Source: a virus (lineage: Duplodnaviria; Caudoviricetes). From it: 28,904 nt of DNA. Positions within the stretch are counted from its first letter, which is position 1; every line of letters begins with the position of its first letter. The DNA is taken from positions 1-28,904 of the IMG/VR virus record IMGVR_UViG_3300028588_000072; one strand, given 5' to 3'. The position numbers and the translations under genes are program-made. Positions 6,016 to 13,968 of this stretch are shown one piece after another. A model generated the notes under the pieces. It had not been told where the DNA came from, did not search any database, and saw nothing but the letters and a program-made list of their open reading frames with translations.

Positions 6016-7453
6016 GGCCGAGAAAGAGCTACTGCTGGCAATGCTCCAAGAGCGCGAGCGGCGCGCCCGGGTCTACCGCTACCGCCAGTTGTACCGTCAG
6101 CTGTATGCCTGGCAGCGTGAGTTCGTGGCCGGCACTCTCACCCACTCCCAAGTCTGCCTGATCGCCGCGAACCGAATCGGCAAGACCTACACCGGTACCT
6201 ACATCGACGCGATCCACGCCCTGGGCGATTACCCGGACGACTGGGAAGGCCACACGTTTGGCCACGCGCCATTGATCTGGTGCCTGGGCTACTCGGGCGA
6301 AAAGACGCGGGACCTTCTGCAAGAACCGATCCTGGGCAGGAAGGATGGCAGTAACTTCTCCGGCGGCCTGATCCCTCCCGAGCACATCAAGGGCTACGAG
6401 TCGATGGCTGGCACGCCGAACGCGCTGCGCACCGTGTACGTGCGTCAGATCGGCGGCGGCGACGTGCAGGCCGACGACGCGATCATCCAGTTCTGGTCGT
6501 ATAGCCAGGGTCAACATGCACTGATGGGCGACAGCGTTGACTGGTTCCACATCGACGAGGAGCCGCAGGACACCGAGATCTTCCCCCAGGTGCTGGTACG
6601 TACTGCCACCGGTGATAACGGCGCAGGCGGGCGCGGCATTCTGACCTTCACCCCCGAGAACGGCCGCACGGACCTGGTCATCCAATTCATGGACACGCCC
6701 TCCCCCGCGCAGATGTATATGCAAAAGGGCTGGGACGATGCGCCGCACCTGAGCGAGACGGCAAAAGCCAATCTGCTGTCCAGCTTCCCTGTGCACCAGC
6801 GCGACATGCGAACGAAAGGAGTTCCGATGCTGGGACACGGACGAATTTATGACATGGCCGAAGATGCCATCACGTGCGAGCCGTTCGATATTCCGAAACA
6901 CTTCCGCGTCATCGATGGCATGGACTTCGGCTGGGATCACCCACAGTCCCAGGTCCAGCTGGTGTTCGATCCGGAAGGCGACATGTTCTACGTCACTAAG
7001 GCATGGAAAAAAGCCAACACCAAGCCGATCGAAGCGTGGGGCGCCGTCCAGTCTTGGGCCAAGGGCGTGCCAACTGCCTGGCCAGCCGACGGCTTACAGA
7101 CGGAGAAAGGCAGCGCGAAGCAGCAGAAGGCCTACTACGAAGAAGCAGGCTTCAACATGCTCTTCGAGCAGGCCACTTGGCCTGACGGCGGCAACGGCGT
7201 AGAGGCCGGTCTGTTCGAGCTTCGTGATCTGATGCTCAGTGGCCGCTTCAAGGTGTTTGCCGGCCTACGCGACTTCTTTGACGAGTTCCTGCAGTACCAC
7301 CGGGATTCCAAAGGAAAGATCTCGAAGGTGCGCGACGACATCCTTGACGCCGTGCGCTACGCCTACATGATGCGGCGCCACGCGATTGCCTATGGCGACA
7401 TCGCAAAGCCCTGGGGCGGCTCGCTCAACTACAAATCACTCGGAAGCACCTGA
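5999..7453 (+). CDS. terL: Terminase large subunit (P22 gp2-like, headful type)
   Basis: Walker A AANRIGKT, Walker B FHIDEEP, coupling motif LTFTPENG, and nuclease motifs DFGWDHP and DDILDAVRY. Confidence 0.95.
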   Translation: MTVTSRAEKELLLAMLQERERRARVYRYRQLYRQLYAWQREFVAGTLTHSQVCLIAANRIGKTYTGTYIDAIHALGDYPDDWEGHTFGHAPLIWCLGYSGEKTRDLLQEPILGRKDGSNFSGGLIPPEHIKGYESMAGTPNALRTVYVRQIGGGDVQADDAIIQFWSYSQGQHALMGDSVDWFHIDEEPQDTEIFPQVLVRTATGDNGAGGRGILTFTPENGRTDLVIQFMDTPSPAQMYMQKGWDDAPHLSETAKANLLSSFPVHQRDMRTKGVPMLGHGRIYDMAEDAITCEPFDIPKHFRVIDGMDFGWDHPQSQVQLVFDPEGDMFYVTKAWKKANTKPIEAWGAVQSWAKGVPTAWPADGLQTEKGSAKQQKAYYEEAGFNMLFEQATWPDGGNGVEAGLFELRDLMLSGRFKVFAGLRDFFDEFLQYHRDSKGKISKVRDDILDAVRYAYMMRRHAIAYGDIAKPWGGSLNYKSLGST

Positions 7454-7629
7454 TGAATAAGCGCAGCTGGATCGATCGTGCCGTGACGAAATGGAAGCGG
7501 CACGGAATCTTTGCAATCAATGAGGGTGGGCATTACTTCACCTTCTCCCTTTGTGTGCCAGGCCGGTGGATTCGGATCTACCTGCTCGGCCGCGTGTATT
7601 TGTGGAAGACGCCAGCATGGCAAAAATGA
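7453..7629 (+). CDS. Putative 58-aa Trp/Arg-rich protein between terL and portal
   Basis: The TGATG overlap with the terL stop and an overlap with the portal start fill the gap exactly. Sequence MNKRSWIDRAVTKWKRHG...WKTPAWQK. Confidence 0.55.
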   Translation: MNKRSWIDRAVTKWKRHGIFAINEGGHYFTFSLCVPGRWIRIYLLGRVYLWKTPAWQK

Positions 7630-9896
7630 CAGACGACGACCTGCGCACGCTCACCGACGCCGAGATGCAGGACGCCAATGCAGAATCCAGCTACGGCGGG
7701 CTGCTCGCTACAGCGCGCGCCAAGGCCGAGTACTACTTCCAAGGCGTGCCGAAAGGCGACCTGGCGCCACCTGAGATCGAAGGCCGATCGTCGGTCGTCG
7801 ATACCACCGTGGCAAACACGGTGCTGGGTATGCACGGGCCGCTGATGAAGATTTTCTGTGGCACTGACCACGTCGTCGAGTTCGAAGGCACCACATCCGA
7901 CGATGAGCCGAAAGCCAAACAGGCCACCGAATATCTGAACCACCTGTTGCGCAAGAAAAACCCAGGCTACATGATCATCTACACCTGGATCTTCGACGCG
8001 CTCAAGTCGAAGGTCGGCTTCATCAAGGTGTGGTGGGACGACGCGCCGACCGAGACGACCGAGGAATATCGCGGCCAGACCGACGTGCAGCTGGCCATCC
8101 TGCTCCAAGACGAAGAGATCGAGGTGACCGGCCAGCGCGCCTATGCCGACGAGGAAGCCGCGCAGCAGAAGGACCAGTTCCTGCAGCAGGCCGCGCAACA
8201 GCTCTCGCAGATGGCCTCTGGCGACCCGCAGCAGTTCGCACAGGCGCAGCAGCAATTCATGGCAATGCAGGAGCAGCCCGATGCCATGCTGTACGACATC
8301 GAGGTCAAGCGTACCCGCAAAGGTGGCCGCCTGTGTATCGAGAACATTCCACCCGACGAGATGTTCGTGTCGCGCAGCTGCAAGGACATCGATGACAACA
8401 CGTTCAAGGGTCACCGCGTGCGCCGCACGGTCGGCTACCTGAAAGAGCGCGGCTACGACGTTGAAGACATCAGCTTCGACGAGCCAGCGCAGACGGCCGA
8501 ATCGGCTGAGCGCGACCGATACGGCCTGCAAGCGATGTCGAATGCGCCAGGCGAAGCGAAAGACTCCGATTCGCGGATGGTGTGGCTCGAAGAATGCTAC
8601 GTCTACGCCGATCTCGATGGCAGCGGCGCCGCCCTGCACAAGGTCATGCGTGCTGGTGGCCAGATTCTGGACCGCGAGAAGGTCGACGCCAACCCATTCG
8701 TCGATCTGGCGTCGATCCCACTACCTCACCAGTTCTTCGGTTGGTCGCCGGCCGACCTGGCCATGCCGCACCAGAAGATCAAGACGAGTATCAAACGCTC
8801 GATCCTGGACAACCTGTACCTCCAGGTGAACGGCCGCTACTGGGCCGATCCGAACCAGGTCAACATCGACGATCTGCTCAACAGTCGGCCGGGCGGCATT
8901 GTGCGCGTGAAGAACCCGCAAGCTGTCGGTCGTCTCGACCAGGGCGTCGGTGACATCGCGAGCGCGATGGCGATGATGGAAGCGTCGGAGCGCGACGCCG
9001 AGGAAGCGACCGGCTACACCCGGCAGAGCCAAGGCGGCGGCATGCAGGTGGCGCAGACGGCCACGCAGTCGAACATCGTCACCAACCGGGCGGATGAGCG
9101 CCTGGAGCTGGTGGCGCGCACGATGGCCGAGACCGGCTTTGCACGTCTCTTCAAGAAGATGTTGCGCTTGGTCACGCAGTACCAGGACAAGCCCGAGCAG
9201 GTCAAGCTCACCGGCGGGTGGGTGAACATCGATCCGCGTGAATGGACGAACCAGTTCGACCTGACGCCAAACGTGGGCCTGGGGACCGGCAATAAGGACC
9301 AGCTGGTGCAGCACCTCATGGCATTGAAGCAGTCGCAGGTCACTGCGCTGCAGATCGGCTATGCCACCCCTGCGAACCTGTTTGCCGCTGACAAGAAACT
9401 GACCGAGGCACTTGGCTTCCGCAACAGCGACCAGTTCTTCACCGACCCATCGAATATGCCCCAGAAGCAGCCGCAGCAAGACCCGGCCGTGGTCAAGGCA
9501 CAGCTTGACGCGCAGGGCCGCAAGGATCAGCTGCAGTTCGAGCGCGAGAAGGCGCAACTGCTGGCTGATATCGAGCGTGAAACGTCTGATCGCAAGGCGC
9601 AGGCGCAAAAGGAAGTTGATCTGAATCGCCAGCAGCTGGAAGCCCAGCAGCAGGAGCAGCGCATCTTCCTTGAAGCCGAGCAGTCCGAGCGTGATGCGCA
9701 GCGCCGGCACGTTGAGCAGATGGACAAGCTGGCACTGGAGCGCGAAAAGCTGGCACTGCGCCGCCACGAGATTGACGCCGGCATTGACGCCAAGATTGTG
9801 GCAGCGCAGATCAGCGCCGACCAGCAGGGTAATGCCTCGCTGGCTGCCGCGAAAGAACAATCCAACCAGGACATGGCCGCAAATGGAAACGCTTGA
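7617..9896 (+). CDS. Portal protein (podovirus type with C-terminal coiled-coil barrel)
   Basis: About 760 aa after terL. EGRSSVVD, DALKSKVGFIKVWW and DLLNSRPGGIVRV motifs, and a Q/E-rich C-terminus. The start could be 7617 or 7626. Confidence 0.9.
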   Translation: MAKMTDDDLRTLTDAEMQDANAESSYGGLLATARAKAEYYFQGVPKGDLAPPEIEGRSSVVDTTVANTVLGMHGPLMKIFCGTDHVVEFEGTTSDDEPKAKQATEYLNHLLRKKNPGYMIIYTWIFDALKSKVGFIKVWWDDAPTETTEEYRGQTDVQLAILLQDEEIEVTGQRAYADEEAAQQKDQFLQQAAQQLSQMASGDPQQFAQAQQQFMAMQEQPDAMLYDIEVKRTRKGGRLCIENIPPDEMFVSRSCKDIDDNTFKGHRVRRTVGYLKERGYDVEDISFDEPAQTAESAERDRYGLQAMSNAPGEAKDSDSRMVWLEECYVYADLDGSGAALHKVMRAGGQILDREKVDANPFVDLASIPLPHQFFGWSPADLAMPHQKIKTSIKRSILDNLYLQVNGRYWADPNQVNIDDLLNSRPGGIVRVKNPQAVGRLDQGVGDIASAMAMMEASERDAEEATGYTRQSQGGGMQVAQTATQSNIVTNRADERLELVARTMAETGFARLFKKMLRLVTQYQDKPEQVKLTGGWVNIDPREWTNQFDLTPNVGLGTGNKDQLVQHLMALKQSQVTALQIGYATPANLFAADKKLTEALGFRNSDQFFTDPSNMPQKQPQQDPAVVKAQLDAQGRKDQLQFEREKAQLLADIERETSDRKAQAQKEVDLNRQQLEAQQQEQRIFLEAEQSERDAQRRHVEQMDKLALEREKLALRRHEIDAGIDAKIVAAQISADQQGNASLAAAKEQSNQDMAANGNA

Positions 9897-10176
9897 ACAA
9901 CGTATGACCCAAGGCGAACAAGCCCGGCAGGTGCTGGAGAATCCAGCATTCGCCAAGGCCTTCGCTGACATTGAAGAGGAGCATGTCGAAGCATGGAAAA
10001 ACTCACCAGCCCGCGACCCCGCAGGGCGCGAAACACTGTGGATGACGGTAAAGCTGCTGCACAAGTTGCGATCGACCCTGGAGTCAGCGATGACGGACGG
10101 GAAGCTGGCAAACGTGGAGCGCGAGTACCAGGTGAACCAACTGGCGAGGGAGCGGGCGGAGGGAGTGAACCTGTGA
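9883..10176 (+). CDS. Conserved small phage protein downstream of portal
   Basis: METLEQRMTQGEQARQVLENPAF...RETLW. Typical of the gene between portal and scaffold. Confidence 0.8.
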   Translation: METLEQRMTQGEQARQVLENPAFAKAFADIEEEHVEAWKNSPARDPAGRETLWMTVKLLHKLRSTLESAMTDGKLANVEREYQVNQLARERAEGVNL

Positions 10177-10385
10177 TGGCCGGTACCCGCCCCGCTGGTC
10201 AGATTCGTGACTGGCTCGACGTCATCACCGCCGCGCGCGCGGACGCCCGCCTGACCACGCGCATCTGGTACCCCGAGCCGCGCGGCGACCTGCTCGACAT
10301 CGGCAACGGCATCAATGCCCAAGTCCTGGTCGGCGCGCCAGCTTATCAAGTCTCCAGCGGCGAAATCGTCGCGATCGAAGGATAA
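10176..10385 (+). CDS. Hypothetical protein (69 aa)
   Basis: TGATG coupling. MAGTRPAGQIRDWLDV... Confidence 0.7.
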   Translation: MAGTRPAGQIRDWLDVITAARADARLTTRIWYPEPRGDLLDIGNGINAQVLVGAPAYQVSSGEIVAIEG

Positions 10386-10388
10386 CGA

Positions 10389-11414
10389 ATGCACCCGAAA
10401 TACTGGAAATTCCCCGGCGCCGCATACCGCGAGCAGGCTACGGATGGCACGACCGGCAGTACCGGTGGCGGTTCGCTCGATGCGTTCAGCGCGGCCAGCG
10501 CGTTCGAATCGCGCCTGACCGACGAGCCGGACGATCAAGCTGCGCCCGCCCCTGCTGCGGATGCTCCACCGGAAACCGACGAGCAGACCGCCGAGCGCCT
10601 GGCGGCCGAAGAAGCTGGCATCGATCCTGCTGCTGGTGAAGCTGACCCGAAGCAGGAGTCGTTCACGATTAAGGTCGACGGCAAGGACATGGTCCTGACG
10701 GCCGACGAAATGACCGAGCACGTCAAAAACGGCATGCGCCAGGCCGACTACAGCCGCAAGACGGCCGAAGCAGCCGAGCAGCGCAAGACCGCTGATGCCG
10801 AGATCGCTCAAGCGCGGTCGCAGCGCGACGAATACGCGAACAAGCTCGGCACGTTCGCCAACCAAGCAACATACGAGCTGAATGCCCTCGCGGCGCAGCT
10901 CACTGAAGACCTGCTGCAGTCCGACCCGGTGACCTATCTGTCGACGCAACGCACCTTGCAAGCAAGACACGCGGAGCTTCAACAGGCCCAGCAAGAGCTG
11001 CAGCAGATCAATAGTCAGCGGCAATCCGAACAAGCAGACGCCCAACGTCAGCACCTCGCAACGCAGCAAGAACTTCTTCTTGCCAAGCTGCCCGAGTGGC
11101 GTGACCCGGCGAAAGCGAAAGCGGAATCGACGCAGATCAAAGAGTACCTGGTGAGCCAGGGCTTGGCGCCGGAGGAGGCGGAATTCACCGACCACCGCGC
11201 CGTGCTGATGGCCCGCAAGGCGATGCAGTTCGACGCCTTGATGGAGCGCGCGCGTGCGACCAGCAAGAAGGTCGCCGCCGCACCGCCAAAGGTCGAACGC
11301 CCTGGCAACGCCGATTCGGCACGACCTGGTGACGGCCGCACCAACGCAGTCAAGCAGCTCAAGCAATCCGGCTCGGTCAACGACGCCGCAACGGCATTTG
11401 CCCAATTCCTGTAA
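10389..11414 (+). CDS. Capsid scaffolding protein
   Basis: Acidic N-terminus, FTIKVDGK...GMRQADYSRKT motif, and coiled coil. Immediately before the major capsid gene. Confidence 0.85.
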   Translation: MHPKYWKFPGAAYREQATDGTTGSTGGGSLDAFSAASAFESRLTDEPDDQAAPAPAADAPPETDEQTAERLAAEEAGIDPAAGEADPKQESFTIKVDGKDMVLTADEMTEHVKNGMRQADYSRKTAEAAEQRKTADAEIAQARSQRDEYANKLGTFANQATYELNALAAQLTEDLLQSDPVTYLSTQRTLQARHAELQQAQQELQQINSQRQSEQADAQRQHLATQQELLLAKLPEWRDPAKAKAESTQIKEYLVSQGLAPEEAEFTDHRAVLMARKAMQFDALMERARATSKKVAAAPPKVERPGNADSARPGDGRTNAVKQLKQSGSVNDAATAFAQFL

Positions 11415-11436
11415 CCACCCAAATTAGGAGGCCAAG

Positions 11437-12360
11437 ATGGCCGCACCAACCAATACCTTCGTGTCGACCGCCGCTATCGGTAACCGTGAAGACCTCACCG
11501 ACATCATCGACATGATCACGCCGTCGGAGACGCCGTTCTACTCGATGATCGGCAAATCCAAGGCCTCGGGCACCCTGCACGAATGGCAAACCCAAGCACT
11601 GCGCGCGGGTAAGCAAAACGCGCAAGCCGAAGGCGACGACACCACCGCGACTGCTGTCACCCCGCAGATCCGCCTGGGCAACTACACGCAGATCCTGAAA
11701 GAAGCGGCCAGCGTGTCGGGCACCCAGGAAAGCGTCGACAAGGCTGGCAAGAAGTCGGAAATGGCCAAGCAGATGGCCTTGAAATCGGCCGAGATGAAGC
11801 TCGACGTCGAATTTGCGCTGACCCGCAACGGCACCACCGCCAGCGCACCGCGCCAGATGCGTGGCCTGGTCGGCTGGATGGCTGCCTCGAACGTGAGCGC
11901 GGGCGCCGGCTACATCGCTCCGAACTACGTCACCAACGTGGCGCAGACAGACGGCACCGCTCGCGCGTTCACCGAAACCCTGCTCAAGGACACGCTGCAG
12001 AAGACGTACATCGCCGGCGGCCGTCCGAACGTGCTGATGATGGGCGCGACCCAGAAGCAGACGTTCTCGACCTTCACCGGTAACGCGACCCGCCAGAAGG
12101 ACGCCGACAACAAGCTGAACGCTTCGATCGACGTCTACGTGTCGGACTTCGGCACCCTGAAAGCGATCGTGAACCTGCAGCAGCGCGCACGCGACGTCTT
12201 CGTTCTGCAGTCGGACAAATGGGCCTTCGCGACCCTGCGTCCATGGCAGAAAACGCCGCTGGCCAAGACCGGCGACAGCGAGCGCAACCAGATCCTGCTG
12301 GAAGGCACGCTGGAAGCGATCAACCCGCTGGCAAACGGCGCCGTCCTCGACGTGCTGTAA
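11437..12360 (+). CDS. Major capsid protein (DUF5309/SU10-like, HK97 fold)
   Basis: GNREDLTDII..ITPSETPF, HEWQT, NYTQI and LAKTGDSE motifs. Strong SD AGGAGG. Followed by a terminator. Confidence 0.92.
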   Translation: MAAPTNTFVSTAAIGNREDLTDIIDMITPSETPFYSMIGKSKASGTLHEWQTQALRAGKQNAQAEGDDTTATAVTPQIRLGNYTQILKEAASVSGTQESVDKAGKKSEMAKQMALKSAEMKLDVEFALTRNGTTASAPRQMRGLVGWMAASNVSAGAGYIAPNYVTNVAQTDGTARAFTETLLKDTLQKTYIAGGRPNVLMMGATQKQTFSTFTGNATRQKDADNKLNASIDVYVSDFGTLKAIVNLQQRARDVFVLQSDKWAFATLRPWQKTPLAKTGDSERNQILLEGTLEAINPLANGAVLDVL

Positions 12361-12383
12361 CCAGCAGCAAGCGCAGCGATACG

Positions 12384-12411
12384 GGCGGCCCTTCGGGGCT
12401 GCCTTTTTTTT
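12384..12411 (+). terminator. Intrinsic terminator after major capsid gene
   Basis: GGCGGCCC-TTCG-GGGCTGCC followed by T8. Confidence 0.9.
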
Positions 12412-12429
12412 ACCCTGCACGGAACACCC

Positions 12430-12723
12430 ATGACACTGAAAACCTTTGCGCCCTCGGGTGCTGACACGGTGCTGCTGGCCGCCGGCGTCGCGTCGGCGCG
12501 GGTGCAGCTCGACCCCAATTCGAGCGTCACGCGCGTGGTCAACGACGGCACCGCCACAGCATTCCTGCACTTCGGTGACGTCAACGTCGTCTCCAGCCTG
12601 GCGAAGATGCCGATCAAGGCCGGCGCCACCGAGAACTTCACCAGCGGCTCGTCCAGCTACGTGGCGGCGATCACCGCCAGCGGCACGACCAACCTCTACT
12701 TCACGAACGGCGAAGGCCTGTAG
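12430..12723 (+). CDS. Putative capsid decoration/cement protein
   Basis: 97-aa beta-rich protein directly after the major capsid gene. Function inferred from position. Confidence 0.6.
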   Translation: MTLKTFAPSGADTVLLAAGVASARVQLDPNSSVTRVVNDGTATAFLHFGDVNVVSSLAKMPIKAGATENFTSGSSSYVAAITASGTTNLYFTNGEGL

Positions 12724-12750
12724 GCCTGCCAACAACCACCCGGAGAACAC

Positions 12751-13650
12751 ATGAAACGCATCCTGACCATGGCCGGCGCGCTGCTGCTGGCCGCATGTAC
12801 CGCGCTGCCAGCCTTTGCCGGCCCTCACAGCATCGTATTCACGCAGAAGAACGAGTTCAACACTGGCAACGTCCTCAAGACGCCGCAGCAGCCGCCCGTC
12901 GACGCGATCGTGTTCTTCAACTCTGCCACGAACCTGGCCGACTACCTGCGCATCGGCCCTGGGCTGGTCGCAAGCGGCGGCGTGCTGCAAGCGGCTGTTC
13001 CGCAAGGTCCAGTCGGCCCACAAGGCGCAATTGGCAACCCTGGCCGCGACGGTACGAATGGCCTCGATGGCAAGAGCGCTTACGAGCTGGCCACCGTCGA
13101 CGGCTTCAGCGGCACGCTGCAGGCCTGGCTCGCTTCGCTCAAGGGTGCCGCTGGTGCAGACGGCAAGGATGGCGCAAGTATCGTTGGTCCAGCCGGGCCG
13201 CAGGGCCTGCCGGGGATTGGCACGAAAGGCGACAAGGGTGACACCGGCGCAACTGGCGCACAGGGCAACCCTGGCACGCCGGCGCCGACGTTCAACTTTG
13301 GCCTGCCCGCTTCCCGCACGCTGGTGCTGACCACGCCCTACCAGGCGGCCAACCCGGCCAAACCCGCGATCGTCACGGTCAGTCCGGTGTGTACCGCATC
13401 GCTCACGCTGTCAGGTGGTGGCACGTGCACCATGCAGGCGCGCATCGGCGTGGCACCGCTCACGTGCGCCAGCGGCGCCATCGTCGCCACCTGGTCGAAC
13501 GGCAACACCGGCACGCTGTCGGTTGGCCTGGCGATGAACCAGACGATCGGCTCGCCGTACGGCATCAACCTGCCGACTGGCGCGTCGTTCATCCTCTGCC
13601 CGAACGCCGGCACGTTCACCGTGACTGCATCCGAACAGAGCGCAGGCTGA
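12751..13650 (+). CDS. Collagen-like protein with N-terminal signal peptide
   Basis: MKRILTMAGALLLAAC/…AFA signal, Gly-X-Y runs, GKSAYELA..GFSGT..WLASLKG motif, and a C-terminal domain with four Cys. Confidence 0.8.
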   Translation: MKRILTMAGALLLAACTALPAFAGPHSIVFTQKNEFNTGNVLKTPQQPPVDAIVFFNSATNLADYLRIGPGLVASGGVLQAAVPQGPVGPQGAIGNPGRDGTNGLDGKSAYELATVDGFSGTLQAWLASLKGAAGADGKDGASIVGPAGPQGLPGIGTKGDKGDTGATGAQGNPGTPAPTFNFGLPASRTLVLTTPYQAANPAKPAIVTVSPVCTASLTLSGGGTCTMQARIGVAPLTCASGAIVATWSNGNTGTLSVGLAMNQTIGSPYGINLPTGASFILCPNAGTFTVTASEQSAG

Positions 13651-13661
13651 GGAAACCGCGC

Positions 13662-13946
13662 ATGTCACTGTCAACCAAAATCATTACCCAGGACGACCGG
13701 CTGATCATCGGCCGGTCGCAGGACTGCACTGCGATCCTCGAAGACGCGAAGCGTCGCCACCTCGATGGCGCGCACGGCACTGCGGACGTCAAGCACGCCG
13801 CACGCATCCCGAACGTGATTGTCGAGAAGTACTGCAACGACAACAAGATTACTTTCCACGAATTCATGGGCAACGAGGTGCACATCAAGCGATTGGTCGA
13901 GCACCCCGACAACAGCATGTTCCGCATCTGGCCTGGAAAACTGTAA
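13662..13946 (+). CDS. Conserved phage head-region protein (94 aa)
   Basis: SD GAGG. QDCTAILEDAK...HAARIP..IVEKY...PDNSMFRIWPGKL. Confidence 0.8.
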   Translation: MSLSTKIITQDDRLIIGRSQDCTAILEDAKRRHLDGAHGTADVKHAARIPNVIVEKYCNDNKITFHEFMGNEVHIKRLVEHPDNSMFRIWPGKL

Positions 13947-13968
13947 CAACCCTATTTGAGTAGAGCAT

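Noticed and set aside
8721-11405. 894-aa minus-strand ORF
   Set aside because: It is the antisense shadow of the portal/scaffold genes. High-GC codon bias removes stops on the opposite strand, and it has no recognisable motifs.
11377-13023. 548-aa minus-strand ORF
   Set aside because: It is a shadow of the capsid and downstream genes.
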